Below are positions 1-9,300 of a stretch of 25,142 nt of DNA, one piece after another (positions within the stretch are counted from its first letter, which is position 1; each line of letters starts with the position of its first letter). Origin of the DNA: Armatimonadota bacterium (lineage in GTDB: Bacteria > Armatimonadota > Hebobacteria > CAIYQO01); NCBI GenBank assembly GCA_038248345.1, contig JBBRXO010000030.1, forward strand, positions 1 through 25,142. Direction: 5' to 3'. Under the pieces are notes generated by a model. It saw nothing but the letters and a program-made list of their open reading frames with translations. It searched no databases and had not been told where the DNA came from. The translations under genes were made by a program, and so were the position numbers.

Positions 1-23
1 GGGAATACTAGCATAGCGGAACG

Positions 24-169
24 CTACCCCGGGCGTTGCCCGAGGCTAAAATATTTATTCAGGATATAGGTGTATTACCCTATTAGCACGTATTTTATAT
101 TATGAGCTAATAGAGTTATAGGCAATAAAGGAGAAATAATAACATAGCCTCGGGCAACGCCCGGGGTAG
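24..169. repeat. REP/REPIN-like element: perfect 25-bp inverted repeat pair around a 96-bp AT-rich spacer
   Basis: 24-48 CTACCCCGGGCGTTGCCCGAGGCTA is the exact reverse complement of 145-169 TAGCCTCGGGCAACGCCCGGGGTAG. Each arm is itself a hairpin (CGGGC-GTT-GCCCG). Confidence 0.75.
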
Positions 170-240
170 ACATTGGAATAAACCGGACGTGAATAATGAC
201 AAATTGGAACAAGCACCCCCTGCGTGCTAAGGTTCTTCTA

Positions 241-260
241 TGGTACAATATCCTCGGAGA
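241..260 (+). promoter_or_regulatory. Extended -10 promoter (TGgTACAAT) and SD (GGAGA) for the membrane protein-ribD unit
   Basis: TGGTACAAT at 241-249; GGAGA at 256-260; ATG at 265. Confidence 0.5.
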
Positions 261-264
261 ATCA

Positions 265-672
265 ATGGTACTTACTGCTATTATAATAGTGATGATACTG
301 GCGGTGGCGGGGCTGGCGGTGCGCGAGGTCGGGTTGTTCTTCAAGGATGAGGGAGAATTCCGTATGCGCCGGCTCACGTTACGGCTGCTCACCGCTTTTT
401 TGCTTATCATCCTCCTCGGATCGGTGCTGGCGGCGTTGCGCGTGCCGGCCTTCTACCTGGAGAATCCGGTGATAGATCCGGCGATATTCCTCGCCTTCTG
501 GGGGTGCATCGGGCTGCTGGCCGGGGGGATAGTGATGCTGGTGATTGCTGATTTCAACCTGTTGAGCGCGGAGAATGAGCGCCACACCAGCAAGCACTGG
601 CAGGAGATAGCCGAGACCATCGCCCGGCATCGCGACGAGAAGCGGGGAGGCAAACAAGATGGCGATAGATGA
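265..672 (+). CDS. Hypothetical membrane protein (about 3 TM helices), overlapping ribD
   Basis: Within ORF 196-672; start moved to ATG 265 because of the SD and -10. Three hydrophobic segments and a charged tail; 14-nt overlap with ribD. Confidence 0.75.
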   Translation: MVLTAIIIVMILAVAGLAVREVGLFFKDEGEFRMRRLTLRLLTAFLLIILLGSVLAALRVPAFYLENPVIDPAIFLAFWGCIGLLAGGIVMLVIADFNLLSAENERHTSKHWQEIAETIARHRDEKRGGKQDGDR

Positions 673-1747
673 GACTGACCGCAAGTACCTGAAACGCGCG
701 GTGGTATTGGCGGCGCGTGCACACGGCCACACCGCGCCAAACCCGATGGTAGGCGCGGTGATCGTGCGCGACGGCGTGGTGGTGGGCGAGGGGTATCACC
801 ACAAAGCGGGGGATCCACACGCGGAGGTGCTGGCGTTGCGTGCCGCGGGGGACAAAGCGCACGGGGCGACGATATACGTCTCGCTGGAGCCGTGCTCGCA
901 CTACGGCAGGACGCCGCCCTGCTGTGCCGCGCTGCCCCCGGCGGGGATCACCCGGGTAGTCTTCTGCTCGCTCGACCCCAATCCGAAGGTCGCCGGGCGC
1001 GGGGCGGATTACCTCTTTGAGGCCGGGCTGACGGTGGAGCACGGTGCGTTTAAGCAAGAGGAAGCGCGCCTCAACGAGGCCTGGCGGCATTGGATGTTTA
1101 AACACCGCCCCTTTGTCACGGTCAAGCTCGCGAGTACGCTCGACGGGCGCATCGCCACACGCACCGGGGAGTCGAATTGGATCACCGGCGCGGCCGCACG
1201 TCGCGACGTACACCGCCTGCGTGCCACCCAGGACGCCATCCTCACCACCGCCAGCACGGTGATCGCTGATGACCCCGAGCTTACCGCCCGTCTACCCAAC
1301 GCGCAGCAGCCGCGCCGGGTGGTGCTCGACACGCATCTGCGCACGCTGCCCGATGCCCGCGTCTACGCCCCCGCTACCCGCCCCCCGCTGCTCTTCACCG
1401 CCGTGGAGGATGAGGCACGCCTCGCGCCCTTTTGCGCCCGGGGGGCAGAGATAGTGCAGGTGCCCACCGACGGCGACGCCCTCTGTCTGCACACCGTCAT
1501 GGACGCCCTCGGCGCACGCGACATCCTCGCGCTGATGACCGAGTGCGGTGGCACCATGGCCGCCGCGCTCATCCGCCACGGCCTGGCGCACAAACTCCGC
1601 CTCTACCAGGCCCCCAAACTCATCGGCGGCGACGGCCTCCCCGTGCTGGGCGGGCTGGGAGTTACCGGCATGGACGAAGTGCTGATGCTAACGGATATGC
1701 GCGTGAAAATGATCGGTGGGGATATGCGGTTGGAGGGGTATTTGTAG
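659..1747 (+). CDS. ribD: Bifunctional diaminohydroxyphosphoribosylaminopyrimidine deaminase / reductase RibD
   Basis: PNPMVGAV, HAE and LEPCSHYGRTPPC Zn-deaminase motifs; KLASTLDGRIA...SNWITG, ADDPELTAR and ECGGT reductase motifs. Confidence 0.97.
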   Translation: MAIDETDRKYLKRAVVLAARAHGHTAPNPMVGAVIVRDGVVVGEGYHHKAGDPHAEVLALRAAGDKAHGATIYVSLEPCSHYGRTPPCCAALPPAGITRVVFCSLDPNPKVAGRGADYLFEAGLTVEHGAFKQEEARLNEAWRHWMFKHRPFVTVKLASTLDGRIATRTGESNWITGAAARRDVHRLRATQDAILTTASTVIADDPELTARLPNAQQPRRVVLDTHLRTLPDARVYAPATRPPLLFTAVEDEARLAPFCARGAEIVQVPTDGDALCLHTVMDALGARDILALMTECGGTMAAALIRHGLAHKLRLYQAPKLIGGDGLPVLGGLGVTGMDEVLMLTDMRVKMIGGDMRLEGYL

Positions 1748-1798
1748 GGAGTTGTGCGATTTTCGGGGAATGCTAATATCAACCACCCTAAAGGGTAC

Positions 1799-2185
1799 TC
1801 ACGGCACCGACACCCCCTTATCGCGCAGTTCTGTTGCTTTGCTTTCTGAGCAGCTCTCACAACGGTATTGTGGGTTTTTGTCGCCGGTACGGTCGTAGTT
1901 GTCCGCCTGCACCAGACGGTAGCCACGTCCGTTGGCTCCGCAGTCGACACAGCACATATCGTCGCGGACATGCCAGATAGGGTCATCTAATTTTTTGGTA
2001 GTGAAGATGAAGCGGTCTACCCAGAAGAATATTAAACCACCGATGATGTTCGCTACTGCTGAACCGATCCAATCCTCACGCGTTCCGAAGGGGTTAGACG
2101 AATGTTTGAACCAGGCGATTACCGGCGCCAGTATGGGCGTGGACAACTGCCAGCGCAACAGATATAGCAGATAGCGGCGAATCAA
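1799..2185 (-). CDS. Small membrane protein (GtrA-like N-terminus) with C-terminal CxxC...CxxC zinc-ribbon-like tail
   Basis: TTG start at 2185 after GAGGGA. RRYLLYLLRWQLSTPILAPV and VANIIGGLIFFWVDRFIF hydrophobic segments; CVDC...CESC. Confidence 0.75.
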   Translation of the reverse strand: MIRRYLLYLLRWQLSTPILAPVIAWFKHSSNPFGTREDWIGSAVANIIGGLIFFWVDRFIFTTKKLDDPIWHVRDDMCCVDCGANGRGYRLVQADNYDRTGDKNPQYRCESCSESKATELRDKGVSVP

Positions 2186-2203
2186 AATTAATCCCTCGCC
2201 TAT

Positions 2204-2233
2204 AATATACGAGCGGGTGGGGTGGGATGTCAA
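2204..2233 (-). promoter_or_regulatory. Sigma70-type promoter for the 1799-2185 gene
   Basis: Minus strand TTGACA-18 nt-TATATT. Confidence 0.55.
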
Positions 2234-2262
2234 TCAGTTTATTATTGTGAGCGTAACGGCTA

Positions 2263-2291
2263 TTGCACGAAGGCCGTCGATATGGTAACAT
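2263..2291 (+). promoter_or_regulatory. Sigma70-type promoter for secG and tRNA-Leu
   Basis: TTGCAC-17 nt-TAACAT with TG at the extended -10 position. Confidence 0.5.
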
Positions 2292-2316
2292 AACACGTAC
2301 CAAATCTATGGTTTAA

Positions 2317-2589
2317 ATGGAGAGTAGCAACGTGGGAATCTTTTCCTGGATATTTATAGGCATACAGTGTTTTTCTGGCCTTTGTTTAGTTCTGTTGATG
2401 GCGATTCAGACCACCAAAAGTGAACAGAGCGGATCGGGAATGGGCTGGGGAACAATCGGTGGCCAGGCTAGTTCTACAGTGAAGAAATTTGGCTTGGACG
2501 CTAATATCTCACGCCTGACGATGATTTTTGCGGTTACCTTCATTGTCTCCTCGGTTATCGCAGCATACGTCCACAAAAACAATTTCTAA
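2317..2589 (+). CDS. secG: Preprotein translocase subunit SecG (true start may be GTG 2332)
   Basis: Two TM helices joined by a Q...G-rich loop (IQTTKSEQSGSGMGWGTIGG); LDANISRLT before TM2; followed by tRNA-Leu, a common secG context. Confidence 0.88.
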   Translation: MESSNVGIFSWIFIGIQCFSGLCLVLLMAIQTTKSEQSGSGMGWGTIGGQASSTVKKFGLDANISRLTMIFAVTFIVSSVIAAYVHKNNF

Positions 2590-2599
2590 AATAGTTTAT

Positions 2600-2687
2600 G
2601 CCCGGGTGGCGAAAATGGCAGACGCGCCAGGTTGAGGGCCTGGTTCTCGTAAAGGGAGTGCTGGTTCAAATCCAGTCCCGGGCACCA
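2600..2687 (+). tRNA. tRNA-Leu(GAG)
   Basis: GCCCGGG acceptor stem, CCAGG-TTGAGGG-CCTGG anticodon arm, long variable arm, GGTTCAAATCC T-loop, encoded CCA. Confidence 0.96.
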
Positions 2688-2694
2688 CATATAT

Positions 2695-2727
2695 AAAAAA
2701 ACCACTGACTTGGTCAGTGGTTTTTTT
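2695..2727. terminator. Bidirectional intrinsic terminator
   Basis: A7-CCACTGAC-TTG-GTCAGTGG-T7 between the convergent tRNA-Leu and oxidoreductase beta gene. Confidence 0.9.
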
Positions 2728-2773
2728 GTGCGTCTGGTATGGTTTGTTGTAAGGGGAGTGCCCCTCTACTCGA

Positions 2774-3538
2774 TTACCTTTCTGCTGTCCGATCCACCAC
2801 CACTCCCAGCGGGTAAACTTCGCGCATCTTCTCGTCGATCCACGTCATGGATTCTATCGGGGAGCGGCCTAGCCAGGTGGGGCAGGTGCAGAGGATCTCC
2901 ACCAGCGAGAAGCCTTTGCCCTCAATCTGCGTGGAGAAGGCTTTGGCCAGCGCTTTCTTTGTCGCCATCACTTCTTTCGGGTTGTTCACCGTCTGTCGGG
3001 TGATATAGGTGGCGCCGTCGAGGGTAGCGAGCAATTCACTCACGCGAATGGGGTATCCGGTGCGCTTTACATCACGTCCCAGCGGTGAGGTACTGCTCAC
3101 CTGGCCCAGTAGCGTAGTTGGGGCCATCTGTCCGCCCGTCATGCCGTAGATGGCGTTATTGATGAAGACCACGGTGATATTTTCGCTGCGGGCAGCAGCG
3201 TGGACGATCTCCCCCATGCCGATGCTGGCGAGGTCGCCGTCGCCCTGGTAGGTGAAGACGATCGCGTCGGGCACGGCGCGTTTGACGCCGGTGGCCACTG
3301 CGGGCGCGCGCCCATGGCTAGCCTCCAGCATGTCGCAGTTGAAGTAATCGTAGGCGAAGACGGCGCAACCTACCGGGCATACGCCCACGGTACGCTCCAG
3401 CACGCCCAGTTCTACCAGCGTCTCGCCCACCAGCCGGTGTACGATACCGTGCGAGCAGCCCGGGCAATAATGCTGGCGGATGTCACATAGGCCTTCAGTG
3501 CGGGAGAAAACTTTTTCGCTGTTAATTTCTGTTGTCAT
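2774..3538 (-). CDS. 2-oxoacid:ferredoxin oxidoreductase beta (TPP-binding) subunit, Vor-like
   Basis: HYCPGCSHG, VGCAV, HGRAPAVATG, YQGDGDLASIG...NNAIYGMTGGQ TPP motif, CPT. Confidence 0.93.
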   Translation of the reverse strand: MTTEINSEKVFSRTEGLCDIRQHYCPGCSHGIVHRLVGETLVELGVLERTVGVCPVGCAVFAYDYFNCDMLEASHGRAPAVATGVKRAVPDAIVFTYQGDGDLASIGMGEIVHAAARSENITVVFINNAIYGMTGGQMAPTTLLGQVSSTSPLGRDVKRTGYPIRVSELLATLDGATYITRQTVNNPKEVMATKKALAKAFSTQIEGKGFSLVEILCTCPTWLGRSPIESMTWIDEKMREVYPLGVVVDRTAER

Positions 3539-3550
3539 GTTAATATCCGT

Positions 3551-4606
3551 TCATTTGCCCAGCGCGCGTTGCGCTGCGTCAGCTACTTCATCAGGGGTGA
3601 ATACCGACCCGCCCGTGCGTCCGTAGAACTCCACCGGGCGCGTGCATTCCACCGCCAGTCGTACATCTTCCACCAGCTGTCCGGCGCTCAACTCAACTGT
3701 CATAACTTTCTGCACCTTTTGAGCGGCGGCTTTCAAGGCGGCGTAGGGGAAGGGGTAGAGCGTCTGGGGGCGGAACAGCCCGGCAATGATGTCGCGCTCC
3801 GCCAGCATCTCGATACTAGTCTGGCAGATACGCGCCGAACTACCGTAGGCCACAAAGAGCAGTTCCGTGTTTTCGGGGATACTCTCTTCCCACCGCAGGT
3901 CTTCGACGGCCATGCGTGCGTATTTCTCCAGCAGGCGGTCATTTATCGCTTCCAGATCAACCGGGTTGATCAGCAGCGTGTTGACGGTAGTACGGCTACC
4001 CTTGCGGGTGCCGCGCGTGCCCCAGGGGAGCGGTGCGGGTACGGGGATGGGGGGCAGGGTGATCTCTACCGGCTCCATCATCTGCCCCAGGATAGCATCG
4101 GCCAGAATGAGTACCGGGTTACGGTACTTCTCCGCCAGGTCAAAAGCGTCACGAGTGAACTGGTACATCTCCTGCACCGAGGCGGGTGCCAGCACCATCG
4201 TGCGGTAGTCGCCGTGTCCGCCGCCGCGGGTGGCCTGGAAGTAGTCCGCCTGCGCCGGGGCGATATTGCCCAGGCCCGGCCCACCGCGCTGTACGTTGAC
4301 TATCACGCAGGGGAGCTCCGCCGTGGCAATATAGGAGATACCTTCCTGCTTCAGGCTCACGCCCGGGCTACTGCTGCTAGTCATCACGCGCACACCGGTA
4401 GCCGCCGCGCCGTAGACCATATTAATGGCCGCCAGTTCGCTCTCCGCCTGCAAAAAAACGCGCCCGGCGGCGGGCATCAGCGTGGAAAGATACTCGGGGA
4501 CTTGATTCTGCGGGGTGATAGGATAGCCAAAAAAGCAGGAGCACCCCGCATCCATTGCCGCTTTGCAAATGGCCTCATTCCCCTTCATTAATTGTCTTTT
4601 ACTCAC
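3551..4606 (-). CDS. vorB: 2-oxoacid (2-ketoisovalerate-type) ferredoxin oxidoreductase alpha subunit
   Basis: LMKGNEA, FGYPITPQ, QAESE, SSSPGVSLKQE, RGGPGLGNI, QADYFQ and GGGHGDY. GTG start at 4606 overlaps the ferredoxin stop. Confidence 0.9.
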   Translation of the reverse strand: MSKRQLMKGNEAICKAAMDAGCSCFFGYPITPQNQVPEYLSTLMPAAGRVFLQAESELAAINMVYGAAATGVRVMTSSSSPGVSLKQEGISYIATAELPCVIVNVQRGGPGLGNIAPAQADYFQATRGGGHGDYRTMVLAPASVQEMYQFTRDAFDLAEKYRNPVLILADAILGQMMEPVEITLPPIPVPAPLPWGTRGTRKGSRTTVNTLLINPVDLEAINDRLLEKYARMAVEDLRWEESIPENTELLFVAYGSSARICQTSIEMLAERDIIAGLFRPQTLYPFPYAALKAAAQKVQKVMTVELSAGQLVEDVRLAVECTRPVEFYGRTGGSVFTPDEVADAAQRALGK

Positions 4607-4829
4607 TAACAACCGCCTTTTTACCGTCGCGGTATACCTCAATGCATACGTCCGGGCACATCAGCGCACAAATGCGGCACCCGGTACAATTTGCTGGCGC
4701 CAGCACCGCCGCCGGGTGAAAGCCGCGCGAGTTCAGCTCATCGCCGATCCCCAAACAGTTTTTGGGGCAAAACTCAATGCACAACTGACACGCCTTGCAC
4801 TTTTCACTATCGATAATAACTTTAGGCAT
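4599..4829 (-). CDS. 2x[4Fe-4S] ferredoxin, delta subunit of the oxidoreductase
   Basis: CKACQLCIEFCP and CTGCRICALMCP; first gene of the operon. Confidence 0.93.
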   Translation of the reverse strand: MPKVIIDSEKCKACQLCIEFCPKNCLGIGDELNSRGFHPAAVLAPANCTGCRICALMCPDVCIEVYRDGKKAVVSE

Positions 4830-4938
4830 GGATAATCAACCACCTGCCCATATATTACCATGAATGGGGTGGGGCTGTGAAATATATCCCGAGAGATTGA
4901 CCTCTTTGTTGCATAGCGCTTTCAGTGCCGGCCTCTCC

Positions 4939-4967
4939 TTGACAGCGTCCCGCCGATTAAGTATTAT
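4939..4967 (+). promoter_or_regulatory. Near-consensus sigma70 promoter for tRNA-Leu(CAG)
   Basis: TTGACA-17 nt-TATTAT. Confidence 0.75.
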
Positions 4968-5007
4968 AGACAAGTCATTGCGACGGATATCTTCCGTGGC
5001 GACAGAT

Positions 5008-5093
5008 GCCGAAGTGGCGGAATGGCAGACGCGCATGGTTCAGGTCCATGTGGGGGCAACCCCGTGAAGGTTCGACTCCTTTCTTCGGCACCA
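5008..5093 (+). tRNA. tRNA-Leu(CAG)
   Basis: GCCGAAG acceptor stem, CATGG-TTCAGGT-CCATG anticodon arm, long variable arm, GGTTCGACTCC T-loop, CCA. Confidence 0.96.
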
Positions 5094-5103
5094 TATGATA
5101 TCA

Positions 5104-5129
5104 AGCGCCTCGGATTTATCCGGGGCGTT
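5104..5129 (+). terminator. Hairpin after tRNA-Leu(CAG), probable terminator with weak U-tract
   Basis: GCGCCTCGGAT-TT-ATCCGGGGCGT inverted repeat. Confidence 0.55.
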
Positions 5130-5137
5130 CTGCATTT

Positions 5138-5761
5138 ATGACAAATTCTACTGAAACAGTGAAAAAACGGCGTCCTGTCCTCCGCATCCTGTTGGTTGTG
5201 GCATTGGTATTGCTCGTCTTCATCACCGCCTTCGGCATCTACCTCAATTCTTATGGCAGGAGAGACCAGTCTGCCCAGGCCGGCAAGGTTGATGTGGTGA
5301 TAGTGCTGGGCGCGAAGGTCATGCTGGGACGCCATACCAGTATGGTGGAGCGTACCCGGCGCGGGGCGGAGTTAGTCAAAAACGGCCAGGCGGGGTACTT
5401 GCTGCTCACGGGAGGGCAGGGGTCTGATGAGGATCGCTCCGAGGCGTCGGCGATGGCGGAGCTGGCCACCGGCTTCGGCGTACCGCGCGAGAAGCTGATC
5501 CTCGAAGATAAATCGCGCAACACCCGGGAGAATGCCCTCTTCTCCGCGCGCATCTGCCACGAGCGCGGCTGGCAAAAGGTAATAATCGTCAGCGACACCT
5601 TCCACCTCTGGCGCGCCCGGCGTAATTTCCAACACGAGAACCTGACCGTCTACACCAGCCCCGCGCTGCAAAGCGATCCCAGCCGACATTGGTATGAATG
5701 TACGCCCATGGTTCTGCGTGAGGAAGCGGCGATATTGCGGGATATGATGATGGAGCGGTGA
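5138..5761 (+). CDS. YdcF / DUF218 (SanA/ElyC-like) membrane-anchored protein
   Basis: N-terminal TM; DVVIVLGA, LLTGGQG, SEASAM, LEDKSRNTRENA and VSDTFHLWRA motifs. Confidence 0.92.
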   Translation: MTNSTETVKKRRPVLRILLVVALVLLVFITAFGIYLNSYGRRDQSAQAGKVDVVIVLGAKVMLGRHTSMVERTRRGAELVKNGQAGYLLLTGGQGSDEDRSEASAMAELATGFGVPREKLILEDKSRNTRENALFSARICHERGWQKVIIVSDTFHLWRARRNFQHENLTVYTSPALQSDPSRHWYECTPMVLREEAAILRDMMMER

Positions 5762-5780
5762 GCCCCAAGCACCATCATTT

Positions 5781-5810
5781 CCTACTTCCTACTTCCTAAA
5801 ACCTAAAACC
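5781..5810. repeat. Short heptamer tandem repeat (CCTACTT x2, CCTAAAA x2)
   Basis: Direct reading; sits in the gap between two convergent genes. Confidence 0.6.
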
Positions 5811-5812
5811 AC

Positions 5813-6361
5813 TCACCCTCGCGCATTAAGCGCCATCTTCGCCAGCAATAACCCGGCGATGGTTTTGGCGTCGTTGAACTCACCGTTCAGGAGCATCTGG
5901 TTGATCTCCGCCCAGCTCAAGGCGACAATCTCCAGGTTTTCGTCCTCATCCTGCTCCAGGCTTTCGGGGGTCAGCTCCTCTGCCAGGTAGAGGTGCAGCA
6001 ACTCCGACGAGTAGCCGGGGGCCAGGTAGTTCGCTACCAGCTTCGTCAGTTTGCCCGGGCGGTAGCTGATCTCTTCCATCAGTTCGCGCGCCGCGCACTC
6101 CGCCGGGTCCTCGCCTGCCTCCAGCCCCCCTGCCGGTATCTCCAGCAGCGCCTGCCCCGCCGCGGTGCGCCACTGCCGCACCAGCGCCACGCGCCCGTCC
6201 GGCAGCACCGGTATCATCGCCACCGCCCCCCCATGCCCCGCAATCTCGCGCTTCGCCAGCTTGCCATTCGGCAGCCGCACGGTATCCACCCGGATAGTCA
6301 GCAGTCTTCCCTGGAAGACAACTTCCGAGCTTACAGTTTCTTCGGTTAGGTTTGTCGTCAT
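5813..6361 (-). CDS. nudF: NUDIX hydrolase, ADP-ribose pyrophosphatase (NudF) type
   Basis: Nudix box AGGLEAGEDPAECAARELMEE; LVRQWR, YLAPGYSSE and DAKT. Start moved to ATG 6361 after an AAGGA SD. Confidence 0.88.
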   Translation of the reverse strand: MTTNLTEETVSSEVVFQGRLLTIRVDTVRLPNGKLAKREIAGHGGAVAMIPVLPDGRVALVRQWRTAAGQALLEIPAGGLEAGEDPAECAARELMEEISYRPGKLTKLVANYLAPGYSSELLHLYLAEELTPESLEQDEDENLEIVALSWAEINQMLLNGEFNDAKTIAGLLLAKMALNARG

Positions 6362-6395
6362 TGTTTGGTTCCTTTTATCATTGGGAGCGCACGCA

Positions 6396-9300
6396 TCACT
6401 CCGGCACATCCCTGAATGGCCCGTCCTGCTCCATGATGCCGGCTAGTGCTGGTTGATCATGGTGGTGGCCGGTGAGGCGGACGCTGACTATTTTGCTGAC
6501 GCCGGCCTTCTCCATGGTGACGCCGTAGAGCACGTCTGCGGCCTCCATGGTGCCTTTGTTGTGGGTGATGGTGAGGAATTGGGTGTCGCGGCAGAAGTCG
6601 CGCAGCACATCGTTGTAGCGGCCTACATTGGCCTCGTCCAGCGGTGCGTCGATCTCGTCGAGCACCACGAAGGGGCTGGGTTTGACGCGCAGCATGGCGA
6701 AGAGCAACGCCAGCGCGGTGAGGGCGCGCTCGCCGCCGGAGAGCTGCAGCAGGTTCTGGTTGCGCTTGCCGGGGATGGTGACGTTGATGTCGATGCCGGA
6801 TTCCAGCACGTCCTGCGCGTCGCAGAGCGCTAGCTCGGTCCTGCCCCCGCCGAAGAGCCGTGTGAACAGATCCTGAAATTCCTTGGCGATGGCGTTGAAG
6901 GCAACGAGGAATTTTTCGATACAGGTAGCATCAATCTCTTTGATCAGTTTTTGTAGTCCTTCACGTCCGCTTTCCAGATCACCGCGCTGAGTGGTGAGGA
7001 AATTCAGTCGTTCGTGGATGCGCTCAAACTCTTCGATGGCCCCCAGATTAACAGTACCCAGCTCCTCAATCGCCGCCTGCAGCTCCTTTAGCCGAACCAC
7101 CGCCACGCCGCGGTTTTCCACCGGTATCGCTCGGGCGATCGCCTGATCAGGGGTGAGACGATAGTCATCGAATAGTTGATTGTTGAGGTAATTTAACTCG
7201 GTATCTACCTGGGTGATGCGCAGGTCGCTGCGGTGCAGGCGGTTCTGGCATTCCTCGACTGACTCGCGTCCCTTTTTCTGCGCTTCCAGTATTTCACCGA
7301 TCGTCTCCAATAGTTGCGTACGTCGGCCTTTCGCGGTATCGAGATCGCCGGTGCCTTGCTGATATGCCCCTCGCAATCGCTCTAACTCCGTGGTGGCTTC
7401 TGTGCTGCGCACAGTTAGAGCGGAGATCTTTAGTTGCATCTCGGCAGCGTTTTTCTCGTTCTGCTTCAGCCGGGTTCCCAGTGAATTATGTAACTCCGTG
7501 GCACGGTTAACTGCGGACACAGCGGCATTCAATTCTCCGCGTACCGCTGTAAGTTTGACGCGCAATGCTGAATACTGCTCCGTAATACCTTCACGCTCGC
7601 TCTGCCCAGCAACTAGCTCTTGTTCTGCTGCCTGTACGGCGGCTTCTGCGTCCTGCAGCCCGGTTTCCAATTCGGACAATCTGGCTTTGTGTTTCTCCTC
7701 TTCCGCGTGCGCGGTCTCCACTTCTCCGGCCAGCCATTTACTTTCCTTGTCCAATATCCCGCGCCGCTCATCAAGCGAGGCCACATCGCGGTGGGTGGTG
7801 GCTACCAGCCGTTCCACCTCGGCTACTGCCGTTGCCGCACGTTCGCTCTCTTTCGCCAGCGAAGTTATCTCCGCATCCAGCCGTGCGCTGTCCGCCTGTG
7901 TCTCCTGGTATTGTTTCTGCAGGCTGGCGGCCTTCAGCTCAATGGCCACAATCTTCTCGTTCAGCTCCTGCAGCTCACGCTTGCGCTTTAGCAGACCGCT
8001 GCTCTTGCCGGTAGAGCCGCCGCTGATGGCGCGCGCGGGGGTGACCACCTCGCCATCGAGGGTGACGATGCTTTTCCAGCCGCGTGCGCGGTTAGATTTG
8101 GCCAGGGTCAGGGCGGCTTCCAAATCTTCGGCGATGATAACACGACCTAATAGATGCTGCGCGATGAGAGTAAACTCTGCGTCGAAGGTGACCAGGTCCA
8201 TCGCCAGGCCGAGGATACCCGATTGTGGCTGATAGTCGGCGCGCGGGGAGGGGTTGATCAGATCAAGCGGTAAGAAGGTGGCGCGGCCGGAACGTGTCTG
8301 CTTAAGGAAGTTCACTGCGTCTTTGGCGGCGAATTCGGTATTGGTCACTACATCCTGCAGGTTAGCGCCCAATGCAACTTCGATCGCTGTGTCGAGCTTG
8401 GCCGGGACATCCAGTAGCTCTGATACCACGGCAAATTTGCCCTTCAGTTTACCAGCTGTTGCAGCGGTAATTACCGCACGTACCCCCGGAAAATATCCTT
8501 CCAGCCCCTCTTCCAGTTCCTGCAGCGTGTTGCGGCGGCTGCGCAGCCCGGCAAGTGTCTCACGGGTGGCGCTCTCTTCGCGGCGCAGTGTGGATATCTT
8601 CTCCTGCAGACCATTGCGTCCATTCACGGCTTCCGTACGCTGTGCCTGCAGTTTCATGCGGGCGGCGATTCTCATCTCTTGCTCTGCTTGTGCCGCTGCC
8701 ATGGCCGTCTGGCGTTCAATTATCTTTGTAGCGATATCAGCAATCTCGTTGCCGATGCGCGTTTCGCGCCCGGCGGAGGTCTGCAAGAGCGATTCCACGC
8801 GTACCAGCTCATTACGCACCCGCGCTGCCTGGTCGAGGATATCTAGATACTGGTTGCGCCGTTCCTGAATCGCCTTCGTTTTTCCATTTATCGCTTCGGC
8901 GGCTTCTTTTAGTATGGTGTCAGCGTCCGCAATCTCCCCCTCCAACCCAGTTAGCATAGCCTGCAGGCGTGTTACTTCGGCGCTAGCGGTGGCAATCTCT
9001 GTCTCAAATTTGCCTGATTGACTCTCCCATTCGGTACGTTCTTTCGAAAGCCGGTCGATCTCCGCGGTGGTGGTTGCGGCCTCTTGTTTGAAGAGCGCCA
9101 GCGCTCCTTCGGCGGCCTGCACGGCACTCATCAAACGCGATTCTACGTTGCGTCGTTCTTCCAGTTCATCTTCCAGATGTTGCAGTTCTGCACGTAAGGT
9201 AACTTCCTTTACTTCGTGCTGATGCACTGCGTGGCGCAGTGTCTCCAGCTCCTGCTGCAGTTCCGCCTCGCGTTCCTTTGCGCGCGCCAGGCTACTCTGC

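Noticed and set aside
170..658. FMN riboswitch expected upstream of ribD
   Set aside because: No RFN consensus visible; the region is occupied by a coding gene.
2244..2257. ATTGTGAGCG identical to the left half of the lac operator
   Set aside because: No symmetric right half and no sugar genes adjacent; likely chance.
3569..4591. 340-aa plus-strand ORF (and similar long antisense ORFs over ribD, smc and rarA)
   Set aside because: Shadow frames of well-supported GC-rich genes; no motifs or SD.
6900..9200. Lower GC in the smc coiled-coil region than in the head domains
   Set aside because: The frame is intact with the expected hinge and no insert or intein motif; amino-acid composition and weaker codon bias suffice.
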